From assembly GCF_006345805.1 (NCBI RefSeq), contig NC_043000.1, forward strand, positions 128,278,001 through 128,342,000: DNA of 64,000 bases, given 5' to 3'. The position numbers and the translations under genes were made by a program. This DNA is from Octopus sinensis (lineage: Eukaryota). The notes under the pieces were generated by a model. It was not told the origin of the DNA. It made no database searches and saw only the letters and a list, made by a program, of their open reading frames with translations. Within the stretch, counting starts at the first letter, position 1. Each line of letters opens with the position of its first letter. Below, in pieces: positions 11,984 to 23,905 of this stretch.

Positions 11984-12214
11984 GGCGGAGAGCTGGCAGA
12001 AGCGTTAGCACGCCGGGCGAAATGCTTTGTGGTATTTCGTCTGCCGTTACGTTCTGAGTTCAAATTCCGCCGTGGTCGACTTTGTCTTTCATCCTTTCAG
12101 GGTCGATAAATTAATTACCAGTTACGCACTGGAGTCGATGTAAACGATTTAATCCCTTTGTCTGTCCTTGTTCGTCCCCTCTATGCTTAGCCCCTTGTGG
12201 GCAATAAAGAAATA
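11984..12214 (+). mobile_element. SINE family A monomer (tail 1) with ~15-bp TSD
   Basis: Flanked by agatctgacattaag (11970) and agatctgacataaag (12215). Confidence 0.93.
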
Positions 12215-12461
12215 AGATCTGACATAAAGCTAAACAGCAACAGTAATATCTCTTCGTTTGCCAAATATTAATCGGTGACTGTACAACAAGAGTAGCTTCA
12301 GACAATTGAGTCTTGACATTAGGGATGTTCGCTTGAGAATCTAGGCAACACTGAGTCATTAGGGGGAGTTCGTTTGAATCTTTGGGCCACTCTGGGTTAT
12401 GTCTTTTGAATCGGTCTCGTTTCATTTATACAAATTACCTCTAGACCATAAATGTATCTTT

Positions 12462-12730
12462 GTCTTTTATTTATTTCAGTCATTAGGCTTTGGCCATGCT
12501 GGGGCACTGTATTGAAAAACTTTTAGTCGAATGAATCGATCGATCGATCCCAGTACCTGTTATTTTTTTAAGCCTGTACTTACCCTATCGGTCACTGTTG
12601 CCGAACCGCTAGGTTACGGGGACATAAACATACTAACACCGGTTATCAAGCGATGGTAGGGGACAAACACGGACACAAAAACATCATACACACATACACA
12701 CACAGAGGCACACACACACACGCACGCACG

Positions 12731-12824
<94 letters not shown>

Positions 12825-12996
12825 CACAAACGTATGTATACGACTGGCTTCCTTCAGTTTCAGTCTACCAAATCCACTCACAAGGCCTCGGTCGGCTCGA
12901 GGCTATAGCAGAAGATCCAATGTTCCTTACAGTGGGATTGAACCCAGAACCATGTGGTTGGAAGCAAACTTCTTACCACACCGCTATGCCTGCGCC
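12462..12996 (-). mobile_element. Full-length SINE family B with internal (CA)n
   Basis: The minus strand begins ggcgcaggcatagcggtgtggtaag...gggttcaatcccactgtaagg; (CA)n at ~12690-12830 separates the head from the 3' module. Confidence 0.88.
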
Positions 12997-13027
12997 TATT
13001 TTCTTTTCGCTTTTTTTTTTTTGTATA

Positions 13028-13252
13028 TGAGGGGGCACTGAAAGATCGCTTTAAGGGTATCACGAAAAGCTTGGTTGGAGGCCAAACCTTCTGAGTTCTT
13101 TTATAGGGCTAAGAAAAAATACTGAAGAATCGCTGCAATAAATGTGTGAATCTGAGAGAGAAATATGTTGAAATATGTGAATCTGAGAGGGGAAACTGAT
13201 TCTCCTGTACTTTCTTTTACCCAATGCCAGGAACTTTTCCGCACCCCCTCCG
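13028..13252 (+). mobile_element. Mariner-derived MITE (internal deletion derivative)
   Basis: TA|tgagggggcactgaaag ... cttttccgcaccccctc inverted ends. The interior encodes WLEAKPSEFFYRA and LKNRCNKCVNLREKYVE, like the mariner transposase C-terminus. Confidence 0.75.
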
Positions 13253-13539
13253 ATGTCTTACCTGCTGACGGTGTGGTAGAGCAATTGCTGTGCTGGTGAT
13301 TCCTATTGAGGCAGAAACAGGCATCTACAGCCGTCCTCTTATCTTGTGACAATCAGACTGTTCCCCCACCCTTAATCATGTCAATTCTGGAAAAATTCTT
13401 GATTCTTAAGATTGTTTCCCCACTTCTCATTTGATATCAATTGCCATCAAGCGGAAGTGGAAATGTAATCTCAATAAATCAATGTTATTTAATGTGGGTG
13501 TATGTGTGAGTGAGTGAGTGAAAGAGAGTGAGAGTGAAT

Positions 13540-13586
<47 letters not shown>

Positions 13587-13833
13587 TGAGAGAGAGAAAG
13601 AGAGACAGAGAGAGAAAGAGAGAGAAACTTCCTTTATTAACCTGACCACTGCCACCGGACGTCGCCTTAAAACGAAGAGGTATGTTGAAGATGCGAAAAG
13701 TAGACAAACAAAGGAAGTTTTGAAAGGACTTAACATATTATTCACAGAAATGTGACTTGACACAGACGAGCTAGTGTTTGAGAATGCAACAGTGCGAACA
13801 AGCGGTGAAAGAGAAAGCAAAAGAGGAACGATG

Positions 13834-13879
<46 letters not shown>

Positions 13880-14159
13880 CGCATAGTTATACAGAAAGGT
13901 GACACTGACAATAAAACTAAAGTTTATGCACCTTAACCACATATGGATGGGAGTTGGGGGGGCTAAAGAGAAGAACATTAAATAAACACACGACCGCAAC
14001 TGTAACAATCCAGCTGTGTAAGTTATCAGTTGATGAGTATGGCACCAGAGCTTTGTATGACGTCTTGTCAAATAACTTCCGTTTGTCCAAATACTTAAAA
14101 TCTTATTCTCTTAACTTCGAATAAAACTCATTTCCTTACATTAACAGTTTTTTTTCTAT

Positions 14160-14240
14160 TGCCCCCCCCCCTCTCCACCAACCCCCAAACACCACCACCG
14201 CCGCCACCACCACCACCACCACCACCACCACCACCACCAC
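14160..14240. repeat. C-rich/(CCA)n microsatellite
   Basis: Directly visible; source of the poly-Pro ORF. Confidence 0.9.
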
Positions 14241-14368
14241 TTTCATCAACACCGTTCATGATTTATATTTGTTCCATTCTTTTCGACATCGAAAGCTTTC
14301 AGTTATACGATGACATCTTTCTCTATGTGTCTCTCTGTATCTCTGTCTCTCTTTCCTCATCTCTCTCT

Positions 14369-14434
<66 letters not shown>

Positions 14435-14904
14435 ACATACACACACTCACACACATTCGTCCATCCATGTACTGATTTTCTTTCTTTGTTATATCAGTCT
14501 GGTTTGGAAAGGCAGTTCCAGTAGCACTTTAAACCTTTCAAGATTTACGGCGTTGGGATCAGGGGTGTTAACAGCATTATAGGGTTATCAGACAAAGCAA
14601 TGCTCTGGGGTCTATACAATCCATTTATTAACAGCAAGCTACAACATACGTAGCATCGAGACCCAAAACTTGAAGGGTGTCTTAAGGCATAAACAGTACT
14701 GGACAACTGTCCTCCTGTATGCCATGCCAAAAGATGATACTGGTTGAAATAATTAATTGCATTAATGAGCTTTTCTGTATTTACTGTATCAAAAGGTTGT
14801 AATATATTTTAGTAGTTCCAGTTACCATTGACAGCGATAGTTTGTCGGTTGAACTCAGCGTGAGCCACAGGACCAAGGTAACATTTTGCCTTCACAGCTT
14901 TAGG

Positions 14905-14939
14905 GCCATATTCTTCTCTACTCTAGGCACAAGGCCCGA

Positions 14940-14989
<50 letters not shown>

Positions 14990-15360
14990 TGTGTGTATGG
15001 GAGGGAGTAGATCGACACCAGTCTGCACCTGGTACTTAATTTACCGACCGGGAAAGGATAAAAGGCAAAGTCGACCTCGGTGGGAATTGAACTCACAACG
15101 TAAGCATTTCGCCCGGCGTGCTAACGTTTCTTATTTCTTTATTGCCCACAAGGGGCTAAACATAGAGGAACAAACAAGGACAGACAAAGGGATTAAGTCG
15201 ATTACACCGACCCCAGTGCGTAACTGGTACTTAATTTATCGACCCCGAAAGGATGAAAAGCAAAGTCGACTTCGGCGGAATTTGAACTCAGAACGTAACG
15301 GCAAACGAAATACTGCTAAGCATTTTGCCCGGCGTGCTAATGTTTCTGCCAGCTCGCTAC
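14905..15360 (-). mobile_element. Dimeric SINE family A, with (CA)n expanded inside tail 2
   Basis: Full head + tail 1, then junction gaaataag|aaacgttagcacgcc (~15130) into a second head-truncated unit. Its tail is split by the TG run at 14941-14998. Confidence 0.9.
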
Positions 15361-16029
15361 TTCAGGACCATATTGCACAGTGTCATCGAGCTGAGCTATG
15401 GTCAAAAGCGTTCCATTTATGACAAACTCGTCTTTTTTTTTTTTTTTACACAATATACCCTAAGTGTCCTATTTTCAAGGATGGTAGGCTGGTGATTTGA
15501 GAGAGCTTTAGCTACTTTCTCTACCAGGTCTAGAAGACGCTTCTAGGTGCCTTTGTAAGTTGTCAGGCGGTAGCTTATCTATACGATGATGTGTGTAAGC
15601 TTGAATATGCATTGTTTCTTTCACTGCCCAGTGTGTTATTATTCTTGTTGCTGTTAACGTCGTCATCATCGTCGTCGTCGTCGTTGTTGTTTAGCCCCAG
15701 GCCAGCTTTGGCTGAACGAACCTATGATCAAATGTGCTACATCTCTGACCATCTTATTCTTTTCCTTTCAGACTTTGTAGACACAGTACTACATTATCTA
15801 ATGTTTCCTACATTTTTGAGACTGAGGAGAAATTTGGCTACTGTTGAGCGACAACTGGGGTGGGCAAGGGGGGACAAGGTGGACTTAGTCAAAATAAGAA
15901 AGTTGTTTGCTGTTCTGCAATTATTTATGCTCGTGTTCATTCATTCCACCTCAACAGCGCTTGGGACTAATGACGTCACCGAGACTGATGTTATTTTCGT
16001 TTATATATATTCTTCGTATATTTATTTAC

Positions 16030-16285
16030 TCTTTTACTCTTTTATCTGATTCCGTCATTCGACTGTGGCCATGCTGGAGCACCGCCTTTAGTCGAGCAAA
16101 TCGACCCCAAGACTTATTCTTTGTAAACCTAGTACTTATTCTATCGGTCTCTTATGCCGAACCGCTAAGTTACGGGGACAACAAACACACCAGCATCGGT
16201 TGTCAAGCGATATTGAGGGGACAAACACAGACACACAAATATATACACACACATATATACATACATACATACATACATACATACA

Positions 16286-16321
<36 letters not shown>

Positions 16322-16335
16322 TATATATAGAATAT
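16030..16335 (-). mobile_element. SINE family B, 3' module plus (TACA)n
   Basis: gactgtggccatgctggagcaccgcctttagtcgagcaaatcgacccc... matches family B. Confidence 0.88.
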
Positions 16336-16666
16336 ATATATATGGGTGTGTGTGATTGTGTATAGAAGAATATATTAATAAAAAGAATTCCAACCTTGTC
16401 TGATTTTCACGTTTTATTTACAATCTTATAATGAGATATTATAAGATAATATATTATAATTGAATAAAATAAAATGAAATAGTAGAATGTTAAATATTCA
16501 TTCTGATTGAACTAGTACTTTCATGCATTGAATTCTGCAATCTTCGGGTTCATGTAGTAGTGTTGACAGTCATGCTTCACAATTTTTGACTGAGCAAGAT
16601 GATTGATTCTGTGCTATAAATACAGCTGGGTAGGCTCCAGAGTGCTAGGTTTTCAAACTGTATTCT

Positions 16667-16740
16667 GACCAATCAGTGTGTAGTATCACTCAATTACTTA
16701 AGCTGATTGGTTGGTTGAGCTGATTGGTTTAGGCGTCACG
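16667..16740. promoter_or_regulatory. Cluster of three CCAAT (NF-Y-like) boxes and a CGTCA half-site
   Basis: gaccaatcag 16667-16676, ctgattggtt 16703-16712 and 16720-16729, ggcgtcacg 16732-16740. Motif match only. Confidence 0.25.
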
Positions 16741-17367
16741 CTTTGTTGGACATGTCAAGAGTCCTGTATCTTGACCCTGGCCGAAGCAGCATTGTTGGGT
16801 TATTTTTAGAAATGTTGTAATATCCTTTGTCAGAGATTTTTATATTTTTATATGTTCAATTTTGTCATCATCATCATTGTCAGCACCTTAATTATTGTTG
16901 CTAGTGGTGATGGTTATGGCAATAGAACTTTTACCCTAAATAAGATAATTTTCTGCTATCTTCGTCTTGATCACCTTTAGTATTGTTGTTGTTGTTAGTG
17001 GTCATGGTCGTAGCAGTGGAAGTAATACCTCTAAGTATTATTATATTATTATATGCTTATTTAGCTTGGGTTCGAATTTATCAATAAATTCTTTTCTCTG
17101 ATTTTCCTCTCGATTTCACTTGGGCTGTGTAATTTGTAGAATGGAAATATTATATATATTTCCGACCACATGTTGCTAGGTGGTTACTCAAGGTTCGGAC
17201 GGACCTCTGGGTCTCTAATCTGTTGCCGGTGTACACGTGAGCGTTCTAATGGTGCGTTCCCGTCTGACCTATCTATATTTCTTCACAATTTGGGCATTTG
17301 ATGCAGTAAATTAAATTTCTGCTTTTGCAGTTCATATTCGCGTTTGTGAATATTTTCCCCCGGTTTT

Positions 17368-17402
<35 letters not shown>

Positions 17403-17502
17403 ATATATATAGATATATGTAATATATATATATATATGATATATATATATGTGTGGTGTATATATATATATAATATATTCTATATATATATACACATATA
17501 TA

Positions 17503-17665
17503 CGACGGGCTTCTTTCAGTTTCCGTCTACCAAATCCACTCACAAGGCTTTGGTCGGCCCGAGGCTATAGTAGAAGACTCTTGCCCAAGGTGCCACGCAG
17601 TGGGACTGAACCTGGAACCATCTGGTTCGTAAGTAAGCTACTTACCACACAGCCACTCCTACGCC
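17503..17665 (-). mobile_element. SINE family B head
   Basis: cgacgggcttctttcagtttccgtctaccaaatccactcacaaggc...cttaccacacagccactcctacgcc. Confidence 0.9.
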
Positions 17666-18182
17666 TTTGTTTCAGTCATCAGACTGCGGCCATGCTGGGC
17701 ACCTCCTTGTAAAATATAAGACTTGCGTCGGCAGTGTCCTTGAGATAGTGTTATTGTTTGTAATGTTTTGGATTTTTGTGAACATGGCTGTTTTTAGGAA
17801 TGATTGAATATGTAGCGCCAAGGATTAGGTAGGCTGAAGCCCAGAATCCTTTGGGACGCGGTGACATCACTTCAAAACTTTGGGCTTAACCTTGTCGTCA
17901 TTACATAGTTTCATGAGAGACCTGATCAAAATGTAATGATCAAAAAGTAATCCCAGTTGTGACACTTTTTATGCTTTTGTGTATTCTATTGTCCATTGTG
18001 ACCACCCCTCATTCGTCGCTTATTTCTAAAGACGGCTGAGTATAAATGCAGTGAGATTTGGCCACTATTTGTCATTAGTACACAGATTATGTAGAAGCCT
18101 TTGTATATAGATCCTCACGACTGTTGGCTCTAAGACTCAGCATTGCACTTAAATGTAGAACTAATTAATTAACAACGTTTCT

Positions 18183-18549
18183 ATTATTATCTCCGCCTTA
18201 GCGAAGGCAACGGTATTGCTTTCAGTCGCGTTTGTTTTTCTGTCCGTGGACAAGATATCTCAAGAACCGCCGGATGGATTCGGATGAAATTTTTAGGGAT
18301 GTTTAGCCTCCTGACAACCTGATTCGATTTTGGGATCGATCCGGTACCGGACAAGGATTCTGGATTATTTTTCCGTTTTTTTTTTTACTTCATTTTTGAG
18401 AGCGGTCGGGTTCATTTTTAGTATTCTCGTTTGTGAGAGTAGTCGAGTTTATTTTAGATATTCTCATTTTAAAAATCATCTCCGGTTAATCGTTGAGAGG
18501 ACGTTGGTGTTGCCTTGGCGAGGGTTTGCGCTCTCCGAGTGCTCTTGTT
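18183..18549 (+). mobile_element. HINE/DINE-1-like (Helentron-associated) non-autonomous element
   Basis: 5' sub-terminal ctccgcc followed by hairpin gcctt-agcg-aaggc and a decayed gttt/ctgt repeat. The 3' end has ccttggcgaggg followed by hairpin gcgctc-tcc-gagtgc (18528-18542). T-rich flanks. Confidence 0.7.
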
Positions 18550-18589
18550 ATGGTTGTTCTTTATATTGTTCTTTCTGCAATATCTTTTA

Positions 18590-18990
18590 TCATTTGCTTG
18601 TTTCTAACATAGGACTGCGGCCATGCTGGGGCATCGCCTCGAAAGGTTTAGTCGAACAAATCTATCCCAGTACAAATTTTTTAACCTGATACTCATTCTG
18701 TCAGTCTCTTTTGCCGAACTGCTAAGTTACGAGGATGTAAACAAACTAACCCCGATTGTCATGCAGTAGGTGGGAACAAATTCAATGACACACACATACA
18801 CATGCACACGCGCGCACACACACACACATAATCCATTGGATTCCACACAGTTTCCGTCTTTCAAATTCATTCGCAAGGCTTTTGATAGCCCTGGACTATA
18901 ATATAAGACATTTATCGAAGGTGCCACGTAGTGGGACTGAACCTGGAACCACGACGCTTCGAAGCGAGGTTCTTAACTACACAACCATGT
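18590..18990 (-). mobile_element. Diverged full-length SINE family B
   Basis: 3' module (gactgcggccatgctgggg...), short CA tract, then head (aaggtgccacgtagtgggactgaacc). Confidence 0.8.
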
Positions 18991-19486
18991 CCTATCTACT
19001 ATTGCCTTTGAGACTCAACACTACATCACCACTAATAATAAAGAAGTACACAACACTCAATGCTGTGTATTGCTAAAAGTAGGCTTTGGCTATCCTCCTC
19101 CTATTTCTTGTAACAACTGATGCCATGAGAGGACGAGACCATCTTAGAGCAGAGAACTGTATATAGTTGTTATTATAATTTAATTTCCGGATTAGCCCTA
19201 ATCGGGGATATCTATTTGTGATCAAAAGTATTAGATATGATAATCTCGTTATTCATTTTGTCATGATTTATCTTGGAATTAAATCCAATATTTCCCTTCG
19301 ATATTTATTTAATAAGCAGGGTGTTAGTTGAGAGACATTTGCTGTTATTTCTAGCAGAACAAAATGACCATGTTAAAGCCCTCTCGTGGATTCGTTGATT
19401 CGTAAGGTGTCTGCTTACAGTTAGGTTGACGAGTTCACTGACTCTCTTTGCCAGAGACGAAAAGTACTACAGATAAAATACATAAA

Positions 19487-19487
19487 C

Positions 19488-19541
<54 letters not shown>
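19487..19541. repeat. (ATT)n array
   Basis: Directly visible; the first of six ATT-type arrays between 19.5 and 23.7 kb. Confidence 0.97.
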
Positions 19542-20019
19542 GTTTGACTTTTGCTTTACATTTGTACAAGTTGGCTCCAAGTCTCACCCAGAGACCTCAA
19601 GAGGCAACAAGCTAGAAGTTCATGTTGAATTATGCCTAAGGTGCCATATATTTCGTTTTGTGCATAGTATTGTTCAAGAGAACGTTTAAGAAACCATAAG
19701 AAAATTATGAGTTTGTTTATAAGATTTGAGATTACATAGTCAGTATTTTACGCAGGATATGGGCAGTTCCCATGAGTACTATCTTTTAAATTTCTGCCAT
19801 TTTGGGGGTTTCCTGGTATCTGAGCTAGTTAGCTATCACCCCCTTTTGCTATCATTCCTAGGGCATCTATGACAACAGGTATTGTTTTAGTCTTCAGGTT
19901 CCACATTTTGCTAATTTCTTTTTCAAGATTTTATACTTGCTCAATTTTTGGTAGGTCTTGACAGATACGTTTATATCAATTGGGACAGTCATATCAATGA
20001 GGAGACATGATTTTTGTCT
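19542..20019 (-). mobile_element. 5'-truncated R4/Dong-like retrotransposon 3' end (family 1, copy a)
   Basis: Minus strand SCLLIDMTVPIDINVSVKTYQKLSKY...MWNLKTKTIPVVIDALGMIAK...AEI*KIVLMGTAHILRK, an RLE C-terminus followed by a 3' UTR; flanked on both sides by ATT arrays. Confidence 0.85.
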
Positions 20020-20034
20020 ATTATTATTATTATT

Positions 20035-20091
<57 letters not shown>

Positions 20092-20128
20092 TATTATTAT
20101 TATTATTATTATATTATTATTATTATTA

Positions 20129-20160
<32 letters not shown>

Positions 20161-20161
<1 letters not shown>

Positions 20162-20774
20162 TGCCTTTGTACAGCTTCTAACGCTGGAGATGTACTACGG
20201 TGTCAGCTGTTCACTACCAGTGAACTAAGGTAACACCTCTTATTTTTCGAGCACCTTCCGGAGTATTCGAGCGGTTCCAAGCAGTGCTGTTTTCTGCAAG
20301 TGCTCCACCCTTATTGCAACCTCTATTTGTTCCGTGTACTTCTCAAGATTTTTACTCACTGTTCCCAGGGCTCCGACAATTATTGGTACTACTACCACCT
20401 TTTTCAGCGACCACAACTGCTTAACCTCCCAAGCTAACCTGTCATATCAATCGACTTTTCTTTCTTCCTTATCGCATACCTTGTTGTCAGTTAGGCATAC
20501 TATATCAATGATCCAGCATAGTTTGCTTTCTTTCTCAATTAAGACTATGTCTGGCTTCCTATTCTCTATCTCATGATCGCACTGAATCATAAAATCCCAC
20601 AGGATCTTTGCATTATCATTTTCGATTATGCCTTTGGGTTTGTGGTCGTACCGATTTTTTGCTCTGTCAAGTCCATACTTGTCGCAAAGTGTCCAATGGA
20701 CAAGCCTTGCTATATTGTCGTGGCGTCTCTTATATTCCTTCTGGGCTAGTGGCATAAATTGGCTGGTAATGTGC

Positions 20775-20775
<1 letters not shown>
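20161..20775 (-). mobile_element. 5'-truncated R4/Dong-like retrotransposon (family 2)
   Basis: LAQKEYKRRHDNIARLVHWTLCDKYG...KILWDFMIQCDHEIENRKPDIVLIEKESKLCWIIDIVC...LLGTARILRKVLEK*: RHD and KPD RLE motifs, with a 3' UTR different from family 1. Confidence 0.9.
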
Positions 20776-20849
<74 letters not shown>

Positions 20850-22703
20850 TCTCTTTATCACTGGTTTTGTTGGAACTCCTGGAGTCTTGTATGCGTGCTA
20901 CCAGCAGCCTACGGTACCATGCTATCTAATACTTTCCTGATTATTCTGACCATGCCAAGGAGGCAAACCTTTTACAACAGTTCTACTGGGCACTCGATTC
21001 CAATTCCCTTTACATTCCACTTGATCCCTTCTGATACTTTTCTCAATGATCCAACAATATTTGGCACTATCTTCATCTTCATTTTCCATACCCGGGCTAT
21101 TTCGTACTTAAGAGAGTTGTATCTATCCATCCTTTCGCCTTCCTTCTTGAATATTCGTCGGTCAAAGGAGCATGCAACATCAACTATATAGCATATGCGG
21201 TGCACCTTGTCCACCACCACTAGATCCGGTCTGCTGTGCTCTAGCACCTGATCTGTTTGGATTGGGAAATCCCAGAATTTTGCAAGTCTTCAACTCCAAT
21301 ATTCTGTGCGGTTTGAGTTCATTCCACGTCTTGCTTCTCTCTAGCCCCCACTTTTCGCACAGTTTCCAATGTAGCATTTTCACTACCTAGTCGTGTAGCC
21401 ACAACTTGTAGTGGTTTTGGGCAAGTCAAGCGCATTCGTTCGTGATATGGGCATTGGTTTCATCCACTCCATTGCAGATGCAGCACAGTGGAGACACTTG
21501 CACATGTGGCTACATAGAACTGATTGTATAGTCTCTTTTTGCGTAATTCTTCTTCATGTCCTTTTTGCACTTATTCCTTTGTTTTCCCTTTTTTCTCTGC
21601 TCTCAGTACTCTCCCTTTCCTAACTGTCATTAGCAAGGTTTCCTTACTTTGGGCTAGGTATCTCATTAAGCTCTCGAGTTCGATACGTACGCAATCTTCC
21701 ACACTTATCAGTCCACTTCCTCCATTTACTCTCTTCGTGTATAGGCGTGTGGATGTGGATGATGGGCTCTATGCATCGTTAGGAGCTTTCTTGACTTCCT
21801 GTCCATCTCCTTTAGCTCCTCCTCTGTCCACTTCAGGATTCCAGCGCCATACCGCCATACTGACTGAGAGTTTATTGCCGAATTTATGTTTCTGGCATTC
21901 AGCTTTGAAGCCAACATTTTTGTCACTCGCCGCAGGTACTTTTTGTCCTTTCCCTCATTTCGTGGTGTTTGATTCCATCTGCCTCAAGTATTCCCAGGAA
22001 TTTATAGCTAGATTGAGGTTCAATTGCTTTCATCATTTCACAACTTGGCAAACATATGCCTTCTGTCCTGGCAAGCTTTCCTCGTTTCATCACCATCGTA
22101 GCACATTTTGAGAGTCCAAACCCCGTCTTAATATCGTTGGAGAAAATCCGCATAGACTGGACCAGGCTGTCCAATTCTGCCTCAGTTTTTATTAATAGCT
22201 TCAGGTCGTCCATAAATAGTAAGTGGTTCAGTTTTCCCTTACCTCTTCCTAGATCATACCCCAACTTTGTTTTCTTAGTATTTCATTCAAGGGGATCATT
22301 CCCAGCACTAACATCAGTGGGGACACAACTGTCCTCCTGGAAGATTCCTCTCTTGATTTTCACCTCTCCTAATACTTGCTTCCCCGCTGTCATTTCCGTT
22401 CTCCAGCATTTCATGCTATTCTATATAAGGCTTCTCATATTTTCTGCTACTCCATACATTTCCATTGTTCTTATTATCCAGGAGTGTGGTATCATATCGA
22501 ATGTTTTGCGATAGTTAATCCATGCCATGCTCAAGTTTGTATGTCTTCTTTGTAGTTCCTGATAATTAGATTATCAATTAAGAGCTTATCCTTCGTTCCC
22601 CGGCTCCTTTTTCGGCACCTTTTCTGTTCAATGAGTAGCTGCCCACTTCTTTCCAAGTATCTATACAGTTCTCCGGCCAAACATCTGACATTAGCTTCCA
22701 CAT
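20850..22703 (-). pseudogene. R4/Dong-like retrotransposon, RT plus zinc knuckle plus RLE, frameshifted (family 3)
   Basis: NLSMAWINYRKTFDMIPHSW, KRGIFQEDS, LNHLLFMDDLKL (RT catalytic motif), YKFLGILE, CCICNGVDETNAHITNEC, HSRPDLVVVDK, RIIRKVLD. Confidence 0.92.
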
Positions 22704-22707
22704 TCTT

Positions 22708-22793
<86 letters not shown>

Positions 22794-22803
22794 CATTATC
22801 ATG

Positions 22804-22870
<67 letters not shown>

Positions 22871-22878
22871 TATTATTT
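22704..22878. repeat. (CTT)n-(ATT)n array
   Basis: Directly visible. Confidence 0.97.
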
Positions 22879-23079
22879 AGGGGCGAACTGGTGGAATCGT
22901 TAGCACGCCGGACGTAATGTTTAATAGTATTTCGTGCCGCTACGTTCTTAGTTCTAATTCCGACTTCGCCTTTCATCCTTTCGGGGTCGATAAATTATGT
23001 ACGAGTGAAACACTGGGATCGATGTAATCGACTTGTTCCTTCCCCATAAATTTCAGAACTTGTACCTTTAGTAGAAAGG
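22879..23079 (+). mobile_element. SINE family A (tail 2) between ATT arrays
   Basis: gggcgaactggtggaatcgttagcacgccgg...gccttcatcctttcggggtcgataaa...gtagaaagg followed by (ATT)n. Confidence 0.85.
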
Positions 23080-23139
<60 letters not shown>

Positions 23140-23155
23140 TTATTATTATTATTCT

Positions 23156-23640
23156 ATTTTTGACTTTTGCTTTATGTCTGTACAAGTTGGCTCCAAGTCT
23201 CACCCATAGACCTCAAGAGACAACAGGTTGGAAGTTCACGTTGTTGTTATGCCTAGTGTGCCATATATTTGGTTTTTTTTGGTGTTGTACTAGTGAATGT
23301 CTAATACATAAATTTAAAAAAAAAAATTTAAAAAAAGTTTGTTTTAAACCTTGGGATTACATAGAGAGTATTTTGCGTAGGGTATGAGCAGTTCCCATGA
23401 GCACTATCTTTTGAATTTCTGCCATTTTGGGGTTTCCTGGTATCTGAGTTAGGTAGCAATCAGCCCCTTTCGCTATCATTCCCAGGGCACCTATGACTAC
23501 AGGTATTGTTTTAGTCTTCAGGTTCCACATTTTGCTGATTTCTATTTCAAGATCTTTATATTTGCTCAGTTTTTGGTAGGTCTTGACAGATACGTTTATA
23601 TCGATTTGGACAGTCATATCAATGAGGAGGCATGTCCTTT
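23156..23640 (-). mobile_element. 5'-truncated R4/Dong-like 3' end (family 1, copy b)
   Basis: ORF 23357-23617 IDINVSVKTYQKLSKYKDLEIEISKMWNLKTKTIPVVIGALGMIAKG...MGTAHTLRKILSM*; homologous to 19542-20019. Confidence 0.88.
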
Positions 23641-23687
23641 ATTATTATTATTTTATTATTATTATATTATTATTATTATTATTATTA

Positions 23688-23740
<53 letters not shown>

Positions 23741-23905
23741 TAGTGAGAGAGATGTGCATGCCATCAAAGTGACACTGAGGTAAAACATACGAAGCCCAGT
23801 ATACTCATCATGGCTACTCATCTAATAAGGGTACACCAGGCACATGCATCACGAACATATGTGCGCAACATGGTGATCTCACATCAAGATAAACAGCGCA
23901 TGAAC
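23741..23905 (-). mobile_element. Possible 3' UTR of another ATT-associated retroelement
   Basis: Non-repetitive block abutting (ATT)n (agagagatgtgcatgccatcaaagtgacactg...). I recall it as an octopus interspersed repeat, but there is no second copy in the window. Confidence 0.3.

Noticed and set aside
14159-14524. Poly-Pro / poly-His-Thr ORF, and the poly-His/poly-Ser ORFs at 19958-20233
   Set aside because: Derived from (CCA)n, (CA)n, (CAT)n and (ATT)n arrays.
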